NCBI GenBank assembly: GCA_965227295.1
Contig: OZ245742.1
Coordinates: 3,552,001-3,616,000, forward strand
Source of the DNA: Leptonemataceae bacterium
GTDB lineage: Bacteria; Spirochaetota; Leptospiria; Leptospirales; Leptonemataceae
Reading direction: 5' to 3'
Length of the DNA stretch: 64,000 nucleotides
Shown: piece by piece, positions 9,723-19,684 of the stretch
Position numbering within the stretch: the first letter of the stretch is position 1
Layout: the number at the start of each line of letters is the position of its first letter
Program-made: the position numbers and the translations under genes
The notes under the pieces: generated by a model
Database searches by the model: none
What the model was told of the DNA's origin: nothing
The model's input: only the letters and a program-made list of their open reading frames with translations

Positions 9723-10124
9723 TTATTGCGGCGAAACGCGATTGAGCAATTGTTCAATGCCCGAGCGGTCGTCGATGAGGTCGTGGACGCGTTCGGCCAG
9801 CTTGCGTTCCAGGGGATAGACGTGTTTGCGCCGGGTGAGCATGCGCTCCAGGGTCTGGGTGATCATGTCGCGCTCATCAGCGCCCATGGCGTGGACCGTG
9901 GCCTTGAGTTCGCTGGAGTAGAGTTCCGCCTGGAACTCGTCCACGGGGGTTTCCAGTAGCTTGCGCACACGGCCGCACTCCGGCCCTTCCATGGAAAGCG
10001 AGGTGATCCAGTCTTCCAGGACCTGGCGATCCTCTTCCGTCGGTCGGTTGCCGTCGGCCCAAGCTTCAGCCAGCATCACTTTCAACAGAATTTCTTTGCG
10101 ACAATCTTCTTGCGTGAAGGACAT
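9723..10124 (-). CDS. TerB-like family protein
   Basis: LLKVMLAEAWADG..EED motif resembles the TerB fold; 133 aa. Confidence 0.55.
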   Translation of the reverse strand: MSFTQEDCRKEILLKVMLAEAWADGNRPTEEDRQVLEDWITSLSMEGPECGRVRKLLETPVDEFQAELYSSELKATVHAMGADERDMITQTLERMLTRRKHVYPLERKLAERVHDLIDDRSGIEQLLNRVSPQ

Positions 10125-10242
10125 GATATTGCGTCTCGATACGCTTTCTTAACTAAAGCGATGAATGATACGGCGCGTAAACGAAAAAAAATTCGAACCG
10201 GGCCGACTTTTGTTAGATTTGCGTTCGGAGACTGTCACAGGT

Positions 10243-10629
10243 TTAATTGACGGCCTGGGGCGAGACAAGCTGAAATGTTTCAATGCGGGCGTCGAATTCT
10301 TCCCCGCTGTCCAGGACGATCATGCGGTACTCACCCTGCATGGTCCCGAATTCCGTGGGGAGCGGGCAGAAGCTCGTGTACTCAAACGACTGGCCGGGTT
10401 CCAGACGCGGTTGTTTGCCGACCACACCGGGGCCGCGGACCTCATCCACGCGTCCGTAGGCGTCTCGAATTTTCCAGTGCCGGCTTACCAGTTGCACGGC
10501 CTCGTCTCCCTCGTTGGTGATGGTCACTTCGTACGCGAAGAAGTACAGCGGCTGCACCGGATTCGAACGCTCCGGCACGTACCGCGGCTGCACCTGTACA
10601 CGCACTCCCCGGGTGATCGCGTTGGACAT
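10243..10629 (-). CDS. apaG: ApaG protein
   Basis: YFFAYEVTITNEG, VQLVSRHWKIRD, EVRGPGVVGKQP, FEYTSFCPLPTEFGTMQG. Confidence 0.95.
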   Translation of the reverse strand: MSNAITRGVRVQVQPRYVPERSNPVQPLYFFAYEVTITNEGDEAVQLVSRHWKIRDAYGRVDEVRGPGVVGKQPRLEPGQSFEYTSFCPLPTEFGTMQGEYRMIVLDSGEEFDARIETFQLVSPQAVN

Positions 10630-10680
10630 GATGGAACACAGACATGTCGCCCCGACTCAAGCAAGCATATTTTCCGGGCC

Positions 10681-11580
10681 TCAGAGGAAGTCCCGGGCCG
10701 TGCGGTGCAGAATGCTGTGTCGCCGGGCCAGGGCGTCCAGATCCTTGCTGTAGCCGCCGCCGATGACACAGGCGCAGGGAATGTTGCGACCACGCACGCT
10801 TTCCAGAATCAGCGTATCGCGCCGTCGCAAACCTGCATCCGAGAGCGCGAGTTTGCCCAGGATGTCCTCCGCATGTGGGTCGGCGCCGGCGTCGTAGAGG
10901 ACCAGGTCCGGTGCAAAGTCTGCCAGAGCCGGCAGGAGAGTCTCGCTCAGGCGTTCCAAATACACGTCGTCGCCCGTGCCTTCATCGAGACCGACGTCCA
11001 GATCGCTTCGCTCTTTCTGGCCGGGAAAGTTTTTTTCGCAGTGCATCGAGTAGGTGAACACCATCGCTTCGTTGCGAAAGATGTGTGCCGTGCCGTCGCC
11101 CTGATGGACGTCCAGGTCGATGATCATCACCTTCAGTTGGGGCCGTTCCGCGCGCAGTACGCCCGCCGCCGCCGCGAGATCATTAAAAATGCAAAAGCCC
11201 GAACCGTACGCCGGAAACGCGTGATGTGTCCCGCCCGCGGTATTACACGCGAGACCGTACTCCAGGGCAAGGCGTGCCGTAAGCAACGTACCGCCTACGG
11301 CAATGCGCGAACGCAGGGCCAGCTCTTCGGACCACGGCAACCCGATGCGACGCATGGCCTTCGCATCCAGCCGGCCCGCGAGAAACTCGCCGACGTACTC
11401 CGGTGTGTGGACCGTCTCCAGAAATTCCAGCGGCGGCAGCTCCGGTTCCTGAAAGTCCTTCGCTGATGCGATGCCGTCGGCGACGAGCAGTTCGTAGAGC
11501 CGGCGGAACTTGCCCATGGGAAAGCGATGGGCGGACGGCAGTTCGGTATGATAGTGACGGTGATGGACGAGCGGAAACAT
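10681..11580 (-). CDS. Histone deacetylase family (Zn-dependent) protein
   Basis: HRFPMGKF, GGTHHA, GFCIFND, IDLDVHQGDGT, YDAGADPH..D, GGGY. Confidence 0.93.
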   Translation of the reverse strand: MFPLVHHRHYHTELPSAHRFPMGKFRRLYELLVADGIASAKDFQEPELPPLEFLETVHTPEYVGEFLAGRLDAKAMRRIGLPWSEELALRSRIAVGGTLLTARLALEYGLACNTAGGTHHAFPAYGSGFCIFNDLAAAAGVLRAERPQLKVMIIDLDVHQGDGTAHIFRNEAMVFTYSMHCEKNFPGQKERSDLDVGLDEGTGDDVYLERLSETLLPALADFAPDLVLYDAGADPHAEDILGKLALSDAGLRRRDTLILESVRGRNIPCACVIGGGYSKDLDALARRHSILHRTARDFL

Positions 11581-11592
11581 GGAAGCGTGAGT

Positions 11593-12348
11593 TTATGCGC
11601 GCGTACGGTACCAGTAACGATAGAGTTCGCGATAGCCGAGCTCTTCATATAGACGGAGCGCCGCCGCGTTCGAAACCTCTGCGCTTAAGTACGCATGAGT
11701 GATGCCGTAGCCGCGGGCCCAATCATGTAAAAGATAGATCAGCCGCCGGCCGAAACCCCGGCGACGGAACTCAGGCAGCACGGCGACCTCGTAGATGCCC
11801 ATGCAGTGTTGTTGTAGTACGCCCAGGGCGGAACCGACGGGGCGGCCGTTGTGACGCAAAAGCACGTAGCAGGTGCGCGTGACGATGTTCTGCAAGATTG
11901 CCGCCAGGAACTGAGTTTGTTCGGGACTCAGCCCGCGGATGAGCGCGCTTTCACTCAGGAATGCCTCGGAAAGATTCTCGGCGAGCAGGGCCTCGCCGGG
12001 TTCCTCCACCGCTCGTTCGGGGAACAGCGAGCGCACGCGATCCAGTTCTACGACCTGGACCGAGGTCTCGCCCTCGCGGCTGTAGCCGCCCTGTTCCAGG
12101 AGAGCATCCAGGCGAGCTGGATGGACCAGCGGGCTGATCTTGAAGATGCAGGGCAGGGCCCGGGAACGATAGATGGCCTCGCAGAGCTCGATCTTCGCCC
12201 CGGCGGCCGTTTCCCCGCCGTAGAGGGGTTGGACGCTGTTCGAGCGCCTCGTGAAACCGCCGGAAAAACGCAGGGTCCAGCCGTCGACCAGCATGGTCTG
12301 CAGGGCCGGCCAGGCGTTCAGGGACATTTCTTCGATCAGGCGAATCAT
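11593..12348 (-). CDS. GNAT family N-acetyltransferase
   Basis: NAWPA..GWTLRFSGGFTRRSNSV; acetyl-CoA motif VLPEFRRRGFGR; NAAALRLYEELGY. Confidence 0.9.
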   Translation of the reverse strand: MIRLIEEMSLNAWPALQTMLVDGWTLRFSGGFTRRSNSVQPLYGGETAAGAKIELCEAIYRSRALPCIFKISPLVHPARLDALLEQGGYSREGETSVQVVELDRVRSLFPERAVEEPGEALLAENLSEAFLSESALIRGLSPEQTQFLAAILQNIVTRTCYVLLRHNGRPVGSALGVLQQHCMGIYEVAVLPEFRRRGFGRRLIYLLHDWARGYGITHAYLSAEVSNAAALRLYEELGYRELYRYWYRTRA

Positions 12349-12430
12349 CCGATAATAACAGAAGCGCAGAGGGCGGGAATCGACAATTCTTTGTTGAAGT
12401 CCCTGGATTTGCGGCTAAATTTGGAAGCGT

Positions 12431-14398
12431 ATGGATCGGCTCAAGGCCCTCTTAATTGAATCAGAGAAGGCGAACACCGAGGTCGTCAAGGACAAGGTCG
12501 AGGTGATCGGGCTGACCATCGCGTCGTGCCTGAACCGCGCCTCCGCCTATCTTCAGGCCGATCTTTCCCAGCTCGACTACGACATCCTTGAGCGCGGCAA
12601 GAAATCATTCTTCAACCCCGTCCCGTACCGCATCCAGGTTTCCATCCTGCCCGAGCAGAACCCCTTCGCCGATCTCGAAGAGTTCTCCATGAAAATCGGC
12701 GCCGGGGATCGTCTGCTCAGCGACGAACTGGACCAGTACGTGCAACCGAAGCACCGCGACGGCAGCGTGCTCGTACGCATCTACCGCACCGGTGTCTTCA
12801 TGAAAGTCGCACCGCCGCTCGGCGACGGCAAGCCCGTGGACATCAACCAGGCGCTCACCGCGGTTCAGCGCGCCGGCGTGCCGAACTTCGAACAGGCGAA
12901 GATCGAGGAGGTCGTGAAAGACGCGGACGATCAAATGATCAAGATCGCGAATTACATTCCGCGCCCCGATCACGATTCCAGCGTTAAGGTCGATATTACC
13001 CCCGACGAAATGAAGGCCTACATCAAAGTCACGCCGCCGAAGCCCGGCGGTCGCCACCTGGAAGTCGTCGACGTAACCACGGCTCTGAAGGCCCACGGTG
13101 TCGTTCTGGGATTTCAGGAAGAAGAGATCGAAAAGGCCCTGCTCGAAGACCGTTACATGCAGGAGATCGTCGCCGCCGAGGGCGTGCCGGCGAAACACGG
13201 CCAGGACGCGCGCATCGACTACAAAGTTAACATCAAGAAAGACAACGTTCATTTCGAGGAAGACTCGAAGGGCCGGGTGGACTACAAAGAAATGAACATG
13301 GTCGAAAACGTCGTCGTCGGCCAGATCCTCGCGGAAAAGTTACCGGCAACGAACGGTCAGGCCGGCAAGACCATCTTCAATCGCATCGTCGAGGCCCGGG
13401 ACGGCAAGGACGTGGAGTTGCGCCAGGGACGCGGCACCATTCTTTCCGACGACGGCAACAAACTCATCGCCGAGATCAACGGCCAGGTGGTCTTCTCGAA
13501 CAACCGGATTGCCGTGGAACCGGTCTATCGCGTCGTCGGCGATGTCGGCCCGAAAACCGGCAACATCATGTTCCTGGGCTCCGTAGTGATCGGCGGCAAC
13601 GTGCTGGACAACTACGAGGTGAAGGCCGCGGGCAACGTCGAGGTCGGTGGCGTCGTGCAGAAGGCGAAGATCGAAGCCGAGGGCGACATCATCATTCGCG
13701 GCGGCGTGCAGGGCGCGACCCTGGAAAGTACCGGCGGCTCGTTGTTTGCGAAGTTCGTGCAGAACGCCGAGATCAGCGTGGCCACCGACGTAACCGTCGG
13801 TGAGGGCATCTTACACTCGAACGTCGAGGCGGGCCAGTCCATCCACTGCAACGGTCGGCGCGCGCAGATCGTCGGTGGCAACATTCGCGCCACCCGGGAA
13901 ATCCGCGCACGAATGATCGGTTCCCAGGCGTATACGCCCACGGAGATCGTGGTCGGCACGGACCCGCGCGTGCTTTCTCAGTACGAAGAGTTGGGCGCCA
14001 TGTTCAAAGAGACCGAGGAAAAACTCGGCAAGTCGAAGAAAACTCTCGCGACTCTCCAGGCCCGCAGAGACGCCGACCCGGACGGCTTCGGCGAGGATCA
14101 ACAACAGACGCTCACGAAAACCGAGAGCACGGTTAAGAAACTCGAAAAGAAACTTACTGAAACCCAGGAAGAAGTCACGAAGCTCGAAGAGTACATGAAC
14201 GAACTCGGCGCCGAAGGCAAAGTTCACGCCGAACGCGAACTGTTCCCGGGTGTTACGGTCACGATCAAAGACGCGAACCAGAACATCGCCGACACCTACA
14301 ACTCGGTCTCGCTCGAATACGACAACGGCTACGTGAAGATCGGCAAGCTGGAGAAAGCGGAGACGCAAGACGGGCGCTCGTGGCGCAATCGGAGATGA
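12431..14398 (+). CDS. fapA: Flagellar assembly protein A (DUF342/FapA) with Jag_N-like N-terminus
   Basis: GRVDYKEMN, GDVGPKTGNIMFLGSVVIGGNV beta-helix repeats, coiled coil, LFPGVTVTI. Confidence 0.85.
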   Translation: MDRLKALLIESEKANTEVVKDKVEVIGLTIASCLNRASAYLQADLSQLDYDILERGKKSFFNPVPYRIQVSILPEQNPFADLEEFSMKIGAGDRLLSDELDQYVQPKHRDGSVLVRIYRTGVFMKVAPPLGDGKPVDINQALTAVQRAGVPNFEQAKIEEVVKDADDQMIKIANYIPRPDHDSSVKVDITPDEMKAYIKVTPPKPGGRHLEVVDVTTALKAHGVVLGFQEEEIEKALLEDRYMQEIVAAEGVPAKHGQDARIDYKVNIKKDNVHFEEDSKGRVDYKEMNMVENVVVGQILAEKLPATNGQAGKTIFNRIVEARDGKDVELRQGRGTILSDDGNKLIAEINGQVVFSNNRIAVEPVYRVVGDVGPKTGNIMFLGSVVIGGNVLDNYEVKAAGNVEVGGVVQKAKIEAEGDIIIRGGVQGATLESTGGSLFAKFVQNAEISVATDVTVGEGILHSNVEAGQSIHCNGRRAQIVGGNIRATREIRARMIGSQAYTPTEIVVGTDPRVLSQYEELGAMFKETEEKLGKSKKTLATLQARRDADPDGFGEDQQQTLTKTESTVKKLEKKLTETQEEVTKLEEYMNELGAEGKVHAERELFPGVTVTIKDANQNIADTYNSVSLEYDNGYVKIGKLEKAETQDGRSWRNRR

Positions 14399-14416
14399 TT
14401 CACAGAAAAAAACCGC

Positions 14417-14444
14417 TTGAACCGCGGCGCATTTCCGCTACAAT
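14417..14444 (+). promoter_or_regulatory. Putative sigma70 promoter giving a leaderless transcript
   Basis: TTGAAC-N16-TACAAT, then 6 nt to the ATG at 14451; no Shine-Dalgarno. Confidence 0.55.
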
Positions 14445-14450
14445 TTCAAC

Positions 14451-14837
14451 ATGATCCGGCCCGTGGACATGCAGGTGGCGCTGAACGCGCTGCCGGATCA
14501 GGGAGCCCGCGTTCTGCAGGAGAGCGCGGCCACGCAGTACCGCCAGGTGCAGAATCTTGGTGCGTCCCGGGACGAGAATCTGAATCGGCCCACCCGGGTC
14601 ACCGAAAACGCCGAGAGCTACGCCGCCACGTTCCGCGGCGTGGAACAGTCCGGCGAATCGGCGCGGCGGGATGAGGTGCGCGAGCGGGTCCGCCGCCGAA
14701 ACGACGAGCGCGATCAAACCGGCGCCGCCGAAACGGCCCTGAGCGAAATCACCTACGAACCGGTGTCCCTGCACGGCCCGTCCCGGCGCATCTACTCCGA
14801 AGATGGGGCCGGTCGCAGCCTCGATTTCATTGCCTGA
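14451..14837 (+). CDS. Conserved hypothetical protein of flagellar/chemotaxis clusters
   Basis: N-terminus MIRPVDMQ and C-terminus GRSLDFIA, resembling the small gene often found after DUF342. Confidence 0.65.
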   Translation: MIRPVDMQVALNALPDQGARVLQESAATQYRQVQNLGASRDENLNRPTRVTENAESYAATFRGVEQSGESARRDEVRERVRRRNDERDQTGAAETALSEITYEPVSLHGPSRRIYSEDGAGRSLDFIA

Positions 14838-14942
14838 GATCTGGCCGTCCTGCTGCCATGTGTGGCCTCCTGGTCATCCGCATTGCGAATTCCGAACGTA
14901 TTATAGTAGACATAATGCGGTCGACGGGTCTCTTCTGACAGG

Positions 14943-16106
14943 ATGGATCTCCTCGCCCTGGCGCTTGTCAACGTCGTGACCGCGGGCGCCATGTACGTCT
15001 TTTTTTCCCTGCGCTTTACCCGGGCCGTCGAGCAGGCCCGGAAGAACTCGGTCGTCAAAGATCTCAAAGAGAACGTCGAGCTGACCATTGAGTTCATCAA
15101 CGCGTCGCTGGATCTCATGGATCAAAAGAACCGTTCGTTCTACCAGATGCTCCGGCGGGCGGAGGACCTGACGAAGCAGTGGGACGAGGTGCTGGAATCC
15201 GGCGCTGCCCCGGCGAAGCCACGCGGTTCGAAAAAGAAAAGCGCGAAAAAGGCGGCGAAGAAGACCGCTGTGAAGTCTAAAGCCCCGCCGCCCACCGTGC
15301 GGGCCGAATCCATCACCGACGCAGAACTCCCGGAACGAGGAATCCCCCACGATATTCCGGACGATGACTTCGACGAAGAGGCCGTCGCCGGCCGGGGTGG
15401 CTACAATGTCGAGGGCGTGCTCGCCGGTCTGGGGGAGGATCAATTGGACATCAGTCCGTCGCCGGCTTCGAGTGTCGACGCCTACCGGAGCGGAGAGGCA
15501 TCCCGGCCGCGCTCGGCAGTTCCGGGAGACCGTTACGATTGGAGCCGGACTGCCGCGGACGGCCCGGCCCCCGGCGAAGACGGGGCGTTGCTCGGCCGTC
15601 TCGGCGGATTCGTCCGCCGCATGTTCGGTTTGCCCCAAATGGACACGGGGGCCCGGCCGGCTCCGGCCGCAGAACCACGGACCCGACGCCTTCCAGCGGA
15701 GCGTCCCCCGGCGCGATTCACGATTCCCGAACTCCCGCCGGAGGTCGAGGAACCGCCGGCCCCGCGTTTGCCGCGTCTGGACCGCCTGGAGCTGGAACCG
15801 GTCCGGCCCGAAAGTCCGGAAGAACGTCTGACCTACGGCCCGGGGGAGACGGCCAGTCCCGCTTTCAGCGGTCAGCCGGAATCCTGGTTGAATCCCGGAG
15901 AACTCTCCGACAGGCTGCAAAAACAGGGGGCGAAGAAGAGCGACGTCGCCCGCACGCTGCTGAACTACGGTTATCGTGTGGAAGAAATCCAGGCGGCCAC
16001 CGGTCTCTCCCGTCCGGAGATAGAGCTGGTCGCCTCGCTGCCGGCCGGGGGGCCCAGGCCGCGGAAGCATCGCCTCGCCGGCAACGAACGTGTATCGGGA
16101 GATTAA
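14943..16106 (+). CDS. Membrane-anchored protein with C-terminal HTH-like domain (DUF6115/SwrB-like)
   Basis: N-terminal TM helix, coiled coil, Pro/Lys-rich linker, C-terminus GYRVEEIQAATGLSRPEIELV. Confidence 0.6.
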   Translation: MDLLALALVNVVTAGAMYVFFSLRFTRAVEQARKNSVVKDLKENVELTIEFINASLDLMDQKNRSFYQMLRRAEDLTKQWDEVLESGAAPAKPRGSKKKSAKKAAKKTAVKSKAPPPTVRAESITDAELPERGIPHDIPDDDFDEEAVAGRGGYNVEGVLAGLGEDQLDISPSPASSVDAYRSGEASRPRSAVPGDRYDWSRTAADGPAPGEDGALLGRLGGFVRRMFGLPQMDTGARPAPAAEPRTRRLPAERPPARFTIPELPPEVEEPPAPRLPRLDRLELEPVRPESPEERLTYGPGETASPAFSGQPESWLNPGELSDRLQKQGAKKSDVARTLLNYGYRVEEIQAATGLSRPEIELVASLPAGGPRPRKHRLAGNERVSGD

Positions 16107-16935
16107 AGACCTCAGTCCGGAGCAATTCGAGCGTTTCGCCCGACTGGTCCGCGAACGTACGAGTATCAACCTCAAAGAACACAAGATCACGTTGCTGTCG
16201 AATCGGCTGCGCAAACGCCTCCGTGAACTCGACCTCGACGACTTCGACGCCTACTACGAACTGCTGACCGGCTCCGATGCCGGGGACGAGAACATTCGTT
16301 TTCTCGAAGCGGTCACCACCAACGAGACGTACTTCTGGCGGACCACGCACAACTTCGCCATGCTGCGCGAAGAGATCCTCCCGGATCTGCTCAAACGTTT
16401 TCCCGGCGAAACCTTAAAGTTCTGGTCCGCCGGCTGTTCCAGCGGAGAGGAGCCGTACAACCTGGCCATTGAGCTGACCGAGGGCATGAAGAGTGCCGGG
16501 GTGTTTCCGTTTCACATCCTCGCCACGGACATCTCCCGGCACATGGTGGAGTTCGCCAGAGTCGCGCGTTACCACGGTCGCAAGATTGAAAAGGTCCCGC
16601 CGGTCATCCTGAACCGTTACTTCCGGCCCGCGGAGAGAGACGGCTACTTCGTGGTGCGGGACGATCTCAAAGAGAAGATCGACTTTCAGGTGGAGAATCT
16701 TTTTCAGCCCTCGGCGAAGGACCTGCATTGCATCTTCTGTCGGAACGTAATGATTTACTTTGATCGCGCCGATCAGGAAAAACTCGTGGCGAGTTTCTTC
16801 CAGGCGCTGAAGCCCGGCGGTTATCTGGTGGTCGGGCATTCGGAAAGTCTCTTTATGATGAACACGGAATTCGAATTCAAGCATTTCGAACACGGGGTTG
16901 CGTACCACAAGACCGCGGGAGCCGGTGATGCTTGA
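16090..16935 (+). CDS. cheR: Chemotaxis protein-glutamate methyltransferase
   Basis: TTNETYFWR, WSAGCSSGEEPY, ATDIS, IFCRNVMIYFD, GHSESL. Confidence 0.95.
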   Translation: MYREIKDLSPEQFERFARLVRERTSINLKEHKITLLSNRLRKRLRELDLDDFDAYYELLTGSDAGDENIRFLEAVTTNETYFWRTTHNFAMLREEILPDLLKRFPGETLKFWSAGCSSGEEPYNLAIELTEGMKSAGVFPFHILATDISRHMVEFARVARYHGRKIEKVPPVILNRYFRPAERDGYFVVRDDLKEKIDFQVENLFQPSAKDLHCIFCRNVMIYFDRADQEKLVASFFQALKPGGYLVVGHSESLFMMNTEFEFKHFEHGVAYHKTAGAGDA

Positions 16936-17809
16936 GAGCATGACCGGCACCGCCGCCCTCAGCTTTCGGGCCTGCGGCATTCCGTTCTCCGTGTGGATGC
17001 GTTCGTTGAACCATCGCTTTTTCGAAGTCGTTCTGCGCTGTCCGCCGGTGCTGCATTCCTTCGAAGGAGATCTGGAAGAACTGGTGCGCTCTCGTTTTCG
17101 CCGCGGTCGCGTGGAGATCGAGGTCAGCTCCGGCGATCCCGGGAGCTTTCGGCGACTGCATTTCAACCGCGCGCTGGCCCAGCACTATCTCGACTTCTGC
17201 CGCGATCTCACCGGGGATCGCAATCCGGCCGTGCGTGCCGAGGCCATGCAGGTTCTCGCTTTGCCCGGCGTCGTGGACATTCGCCAGGAACTTCCGGAAG
17301 GCTTTCGCATCGAGGAGTTCGAAAAAAAATTTGCGAACGCTCTCGATCGTCTCAAGAAAACCCGGCGCCGGGAGGGCAAGGCCATCGAGGGCATCCTGCG
17401 CGGCTACATCGGTAGCATCGAAGCGGCGAACAAGGACATCCGCAAACGCCACGGTACATACCGCAAAGAAAAGCTGGAGAACCTCCGCAAAGAACTGCGT
17501 GTTTCGAAGACGACGAGCGGCAACGGCGAGGGCGCAGGCGATCCCTTAAAGTACGCCGTAGACTGGATTGACCGGCACGACATCAGCGAGGAACTGGAAC
17601 GGATCGGTCTGCATGCGAATGCTGTGCGGGGCTTGATTTCCGGCAAGGACGAAGAGGCCGGCAAACAGATCGAGTTTTATTCCCAGGAACTGCTGCGGGA
17701 GGCGAACACCATCGCTTCGAAGTCCCGGGACTTCGAGATCCGCCGCCTGGCCGTCGAAATGAAAACGCAGATCGAAAACATCAAGGAGCAGATTCGCAAC
17801 GTATGTTGA
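16928..17809 (+). CDS. yicC: YicC/YloC family endoribonuclease
   Basis: MLESMTG, RSLNHRF, DISEELERI, QELLREANTIASKS, KEQIRNV; lies before gmk; start moved to ATG 16928. Confidence 0.88.
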   Translation: MLESMTGTAALSFRACGIPFSVWMRSLNHRFFEVVLRCPPVLHSFEGDLEELVRSRFRRGRVEIEVSSGDPGSFRRLHFNRALAQHYLDFCRDLTGDRNPAVRAEAMQVLALPGVVDIRQELPEGFRIEEFEKKFANALDRLKKTRRREGKAIEGILRGYIGSIEAANKDIRKRHGTYRKEKLENLRKELRVSKTTSGNGEGAGDPLKYAVDWIDRHDISEELERIGLHANAVRGLISGKDEEAGKQIEFYSQELLREANTIASKSRDFEIRRLAVEMKTQIENIKEQIRNVC

Positions 17810-18384
17810 GTACACGCTCCAGAGTCATTGTAATCTCTTCGGTTTCCGGCGGCGGGAAGACCTCGCTCATCAGCCGGCTCATCGAGAAACACGGAGAACA
17901 TCTGCACGTCGCCGTGACCGCCACGTCCCGTTCGCCGCGATCCAACGAAAGCGACGGCATCCACTATCACTTCTACAGTGCCGACGAATTCAAACGGAAG
18001 ATCGCCGCGGACGAACTGCTCGAATATGCGGAGGTTCACGGCAACTTCTACGGTGTGCCGGCGGCCCCCGTCGAAGCAAAACTGGCCGGGGGCATCTCGG
18101 TCATTCTGAACATCGATTACCAGGGGATGCGTACGGTGCGCGAGAAGCTGGGCGAGCGCGTGCTTACGATCTTCCTGCTGCCGCCGGACCGCGATGTGTG
18201 GGAACAACGGCTGCGCAGCCGCGGCACCGATTCCGAGGCCGACATCCAGTTGCGCCTGCAGCAGGGCGAAACGGAGATGAAGGTCGCCAACGAGTACGAC
18301 TACTTCGTCATGAACGACATCCTGGATCGTGCCGTAGATGAGGTCGTGCTCATCTTGCGCAAAGAGGGCATCCTTCCCGATTGA
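17803..18384 (+). CDS. gmk: Guanylate kinase
   Basis: P-loop SGGGKTS, TSRSPR..E.DG..YHF, LEYAEVHGNFYG, RGTDSE. Confidence 0.95.
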   Translation: MLSTRSRVIVISSVSGGGKTSLISRLIEKHGEHLHVAVTATSRSPRSNESDGIHYHFYSADEFKRKIAADELLEYAEVHGNFYGVPAAPVEAKLAGGISVILNIDYQGMRTVREKLGERVLTIFLLPPDRDVWEQRLRSRGTDSEADIQLRLQQGETEMKVANEYDYFVMNDILDRAVDEVVLILRKEGILPD

Positions 18385-19343
18385 CGGCCGCCGGCGAAGC
18401 GTTTCCCGTTCCCGTGCTGATGGGACCGACCGGTTCCGGTAAGACCGCCCTTTCCGCGCTGGTCGATCCGGAACGCTACGAAATCATTTCCTGTGATTCA
18501 CGACAGCTCTACCGGGAACTGGAAATCGGTAGCGCCGCGCCGGAACCGGAGCTGACCGCGCGCATCCGGCATCATCTCATCGGCGTCCTGAATCCCGACG
18601 AAAGCTGCAACGCGGCGGAGTTCCGGCGCCTGGCCCTGGCCGCCATTGAAGATGTGCGCGGGCGAGGGAAGATACCCTTTCTGGTCGGCGGCTCCGGATT
18701 CTACTATCGCGCCCTCAAATCACAGCCGTTCGACGTGCACGTGCCGGAGGAGATTCGCGCGAGCGTCCAGGCGCTCTCTCCGGAGGAACGCATAGGACAA
18801 CTGCGTGTGCTGGACCCGCGGTCCCTGGTGGATCCGGACGCCGGCGAGGAAGTCCGCGCGGGGAAAATCCATCCGAACGATGCGTATCGTGTGGGGCGGG
18901 CGCTGGAGGTCTGCCTGGCCGCCGGCCGGCCCTGGTCATCGTTCTGGACGGAGGCTCTGGAACGTGCGGAGCAGCCCGGCCGGAGCGACACCGGTCTGCT
19001 GTTTAGCGGCTGGCGTCTGGAAACGGACGATCGTAACGCCTATCACGCGCGCCTGCTGGAGCGCTCCCGGGCGATGGTGGCGGCCGGTTTGATCGAGGAG
19101 GCCGGCCGGGTCTTCGAGCGCTACGGCGAGTGCCCGGGTCTCGAGACCCTGGGCTATGATCTGGCTCTGCAGGCCTATCGTGCTCCGGAAACTTTGTCCC
19201 GTGACCTGCTGGTCGAGCGCCTGGCGATCCTGCACCGGCAGTACGGGAAGCGCCAGCGGACCTGGCTGCGCCGGGAAGCGGAACTGAAGCCCATCCGGGC
19301 GGAAGATTTTGCAGGGGAGTGGGCCGCACGGGCCGTCCCGTAA
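18381..19343 (+). CDS. miaA: tRNA dimethylallyltransferase
   Basis: GPTGSGKT, ISCDSRQLYREL.IGSA, VGGSGFY, IHPND..R..RALEV, YGKRQRTW. Confidence 0.95.
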   Translation: MTAAGEAFPVPVLMGPTGSGKTALSALVDPERYEIISCDSRQLYRELEIGSAAPEPELTARIRHHLIGVLNPDESCNAAEFRRLALAAIEDVRGRGKIPFLVGGSGFYYRALKSQPFDVHVPEEIRASVQALSPEERIGQLRVLDPRSLVDPDAGEEVRAGKIHPNDAYRVGRALEVCLAAGRPWSSFWTEALERAEQPGRSDTGLLFSGWRLETDDRNAYHARLLERSRAMVAAGLIEEAGRVFERYGECPGLETLGYDLALQAYRAPETLSRDLLVERLAILHRQYGKRQRTWLRREAELKPIRAEDFAGEWAARAVP

Positions 19344-19426
19344 GGCGGCGGCGGTTTATTTTATTGACGCGGGCCGATTCGGCCGTTTTGTATTGATTTT
19401 AGATATATATACATACGGGAAAACGG

Positions 19427-19675
19427 ATGGCCGGCAACAAAAACAATATTCAGGACCTCGTTCTCAACAGCGCTCGCAAAGAAAAAATGGAAATCACTCT
19501 GTATCTTACGAACGGAGTGCCCCTCAAAGGCCGCGTGGCCAGCTTTGACAACTTCACCGTTGTTATTGAAAACGAAGGCAAACAATCACTCGTTTACAAA
19601 CACGCTATTTCTACGATCGTTCTTTCCCGATCCATGAACTTTGACGAACTGACGGCTCAATCCGAAGAGTCGTAA
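19427..19675 (+). CDS. hfq: RNA chaperone Hfq
   Basis: [33 protein letters not shown]; follows miaA. Confidence 0.96.
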   Translation: MAGNKNNIQDLVLNSARKEKMEITLYLTNGVPLKGRVASFDNFTVVIENEGKQSLVYKHAISTIVLSRSMNFDELTAQSEES

Positions 19676-19684
19676 ATCTTCCGC

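Noticed and set aside
9136..9757. Short ORFs in the 330-bp repeats (RRRRRSGAPYH.., GEDAVPVRLT.., LWVQLVPA..), also at 40179-41388
   Set aside because: The two minus-strand frames are broken by stops in at least one copy (TGA in C, TAG in A). The plus frame has no consistent start. There are indels between copies and no third-position bias.
10165..11466. 433-aa plus-strand ORF
   Set aside because: Antisense to apaG and the deacetylase, with no recognisable motifs; a typical high-GC shadow ORF, like 14901-16214, 28703-29623, 39637-40713 and 57207-58172.
19427..19675. hfq in a spirochaete as a novelty
   Set aside because: miaA-hfq is a standard arrangement and, as I recall, Leptospira carry an hfq homolog.
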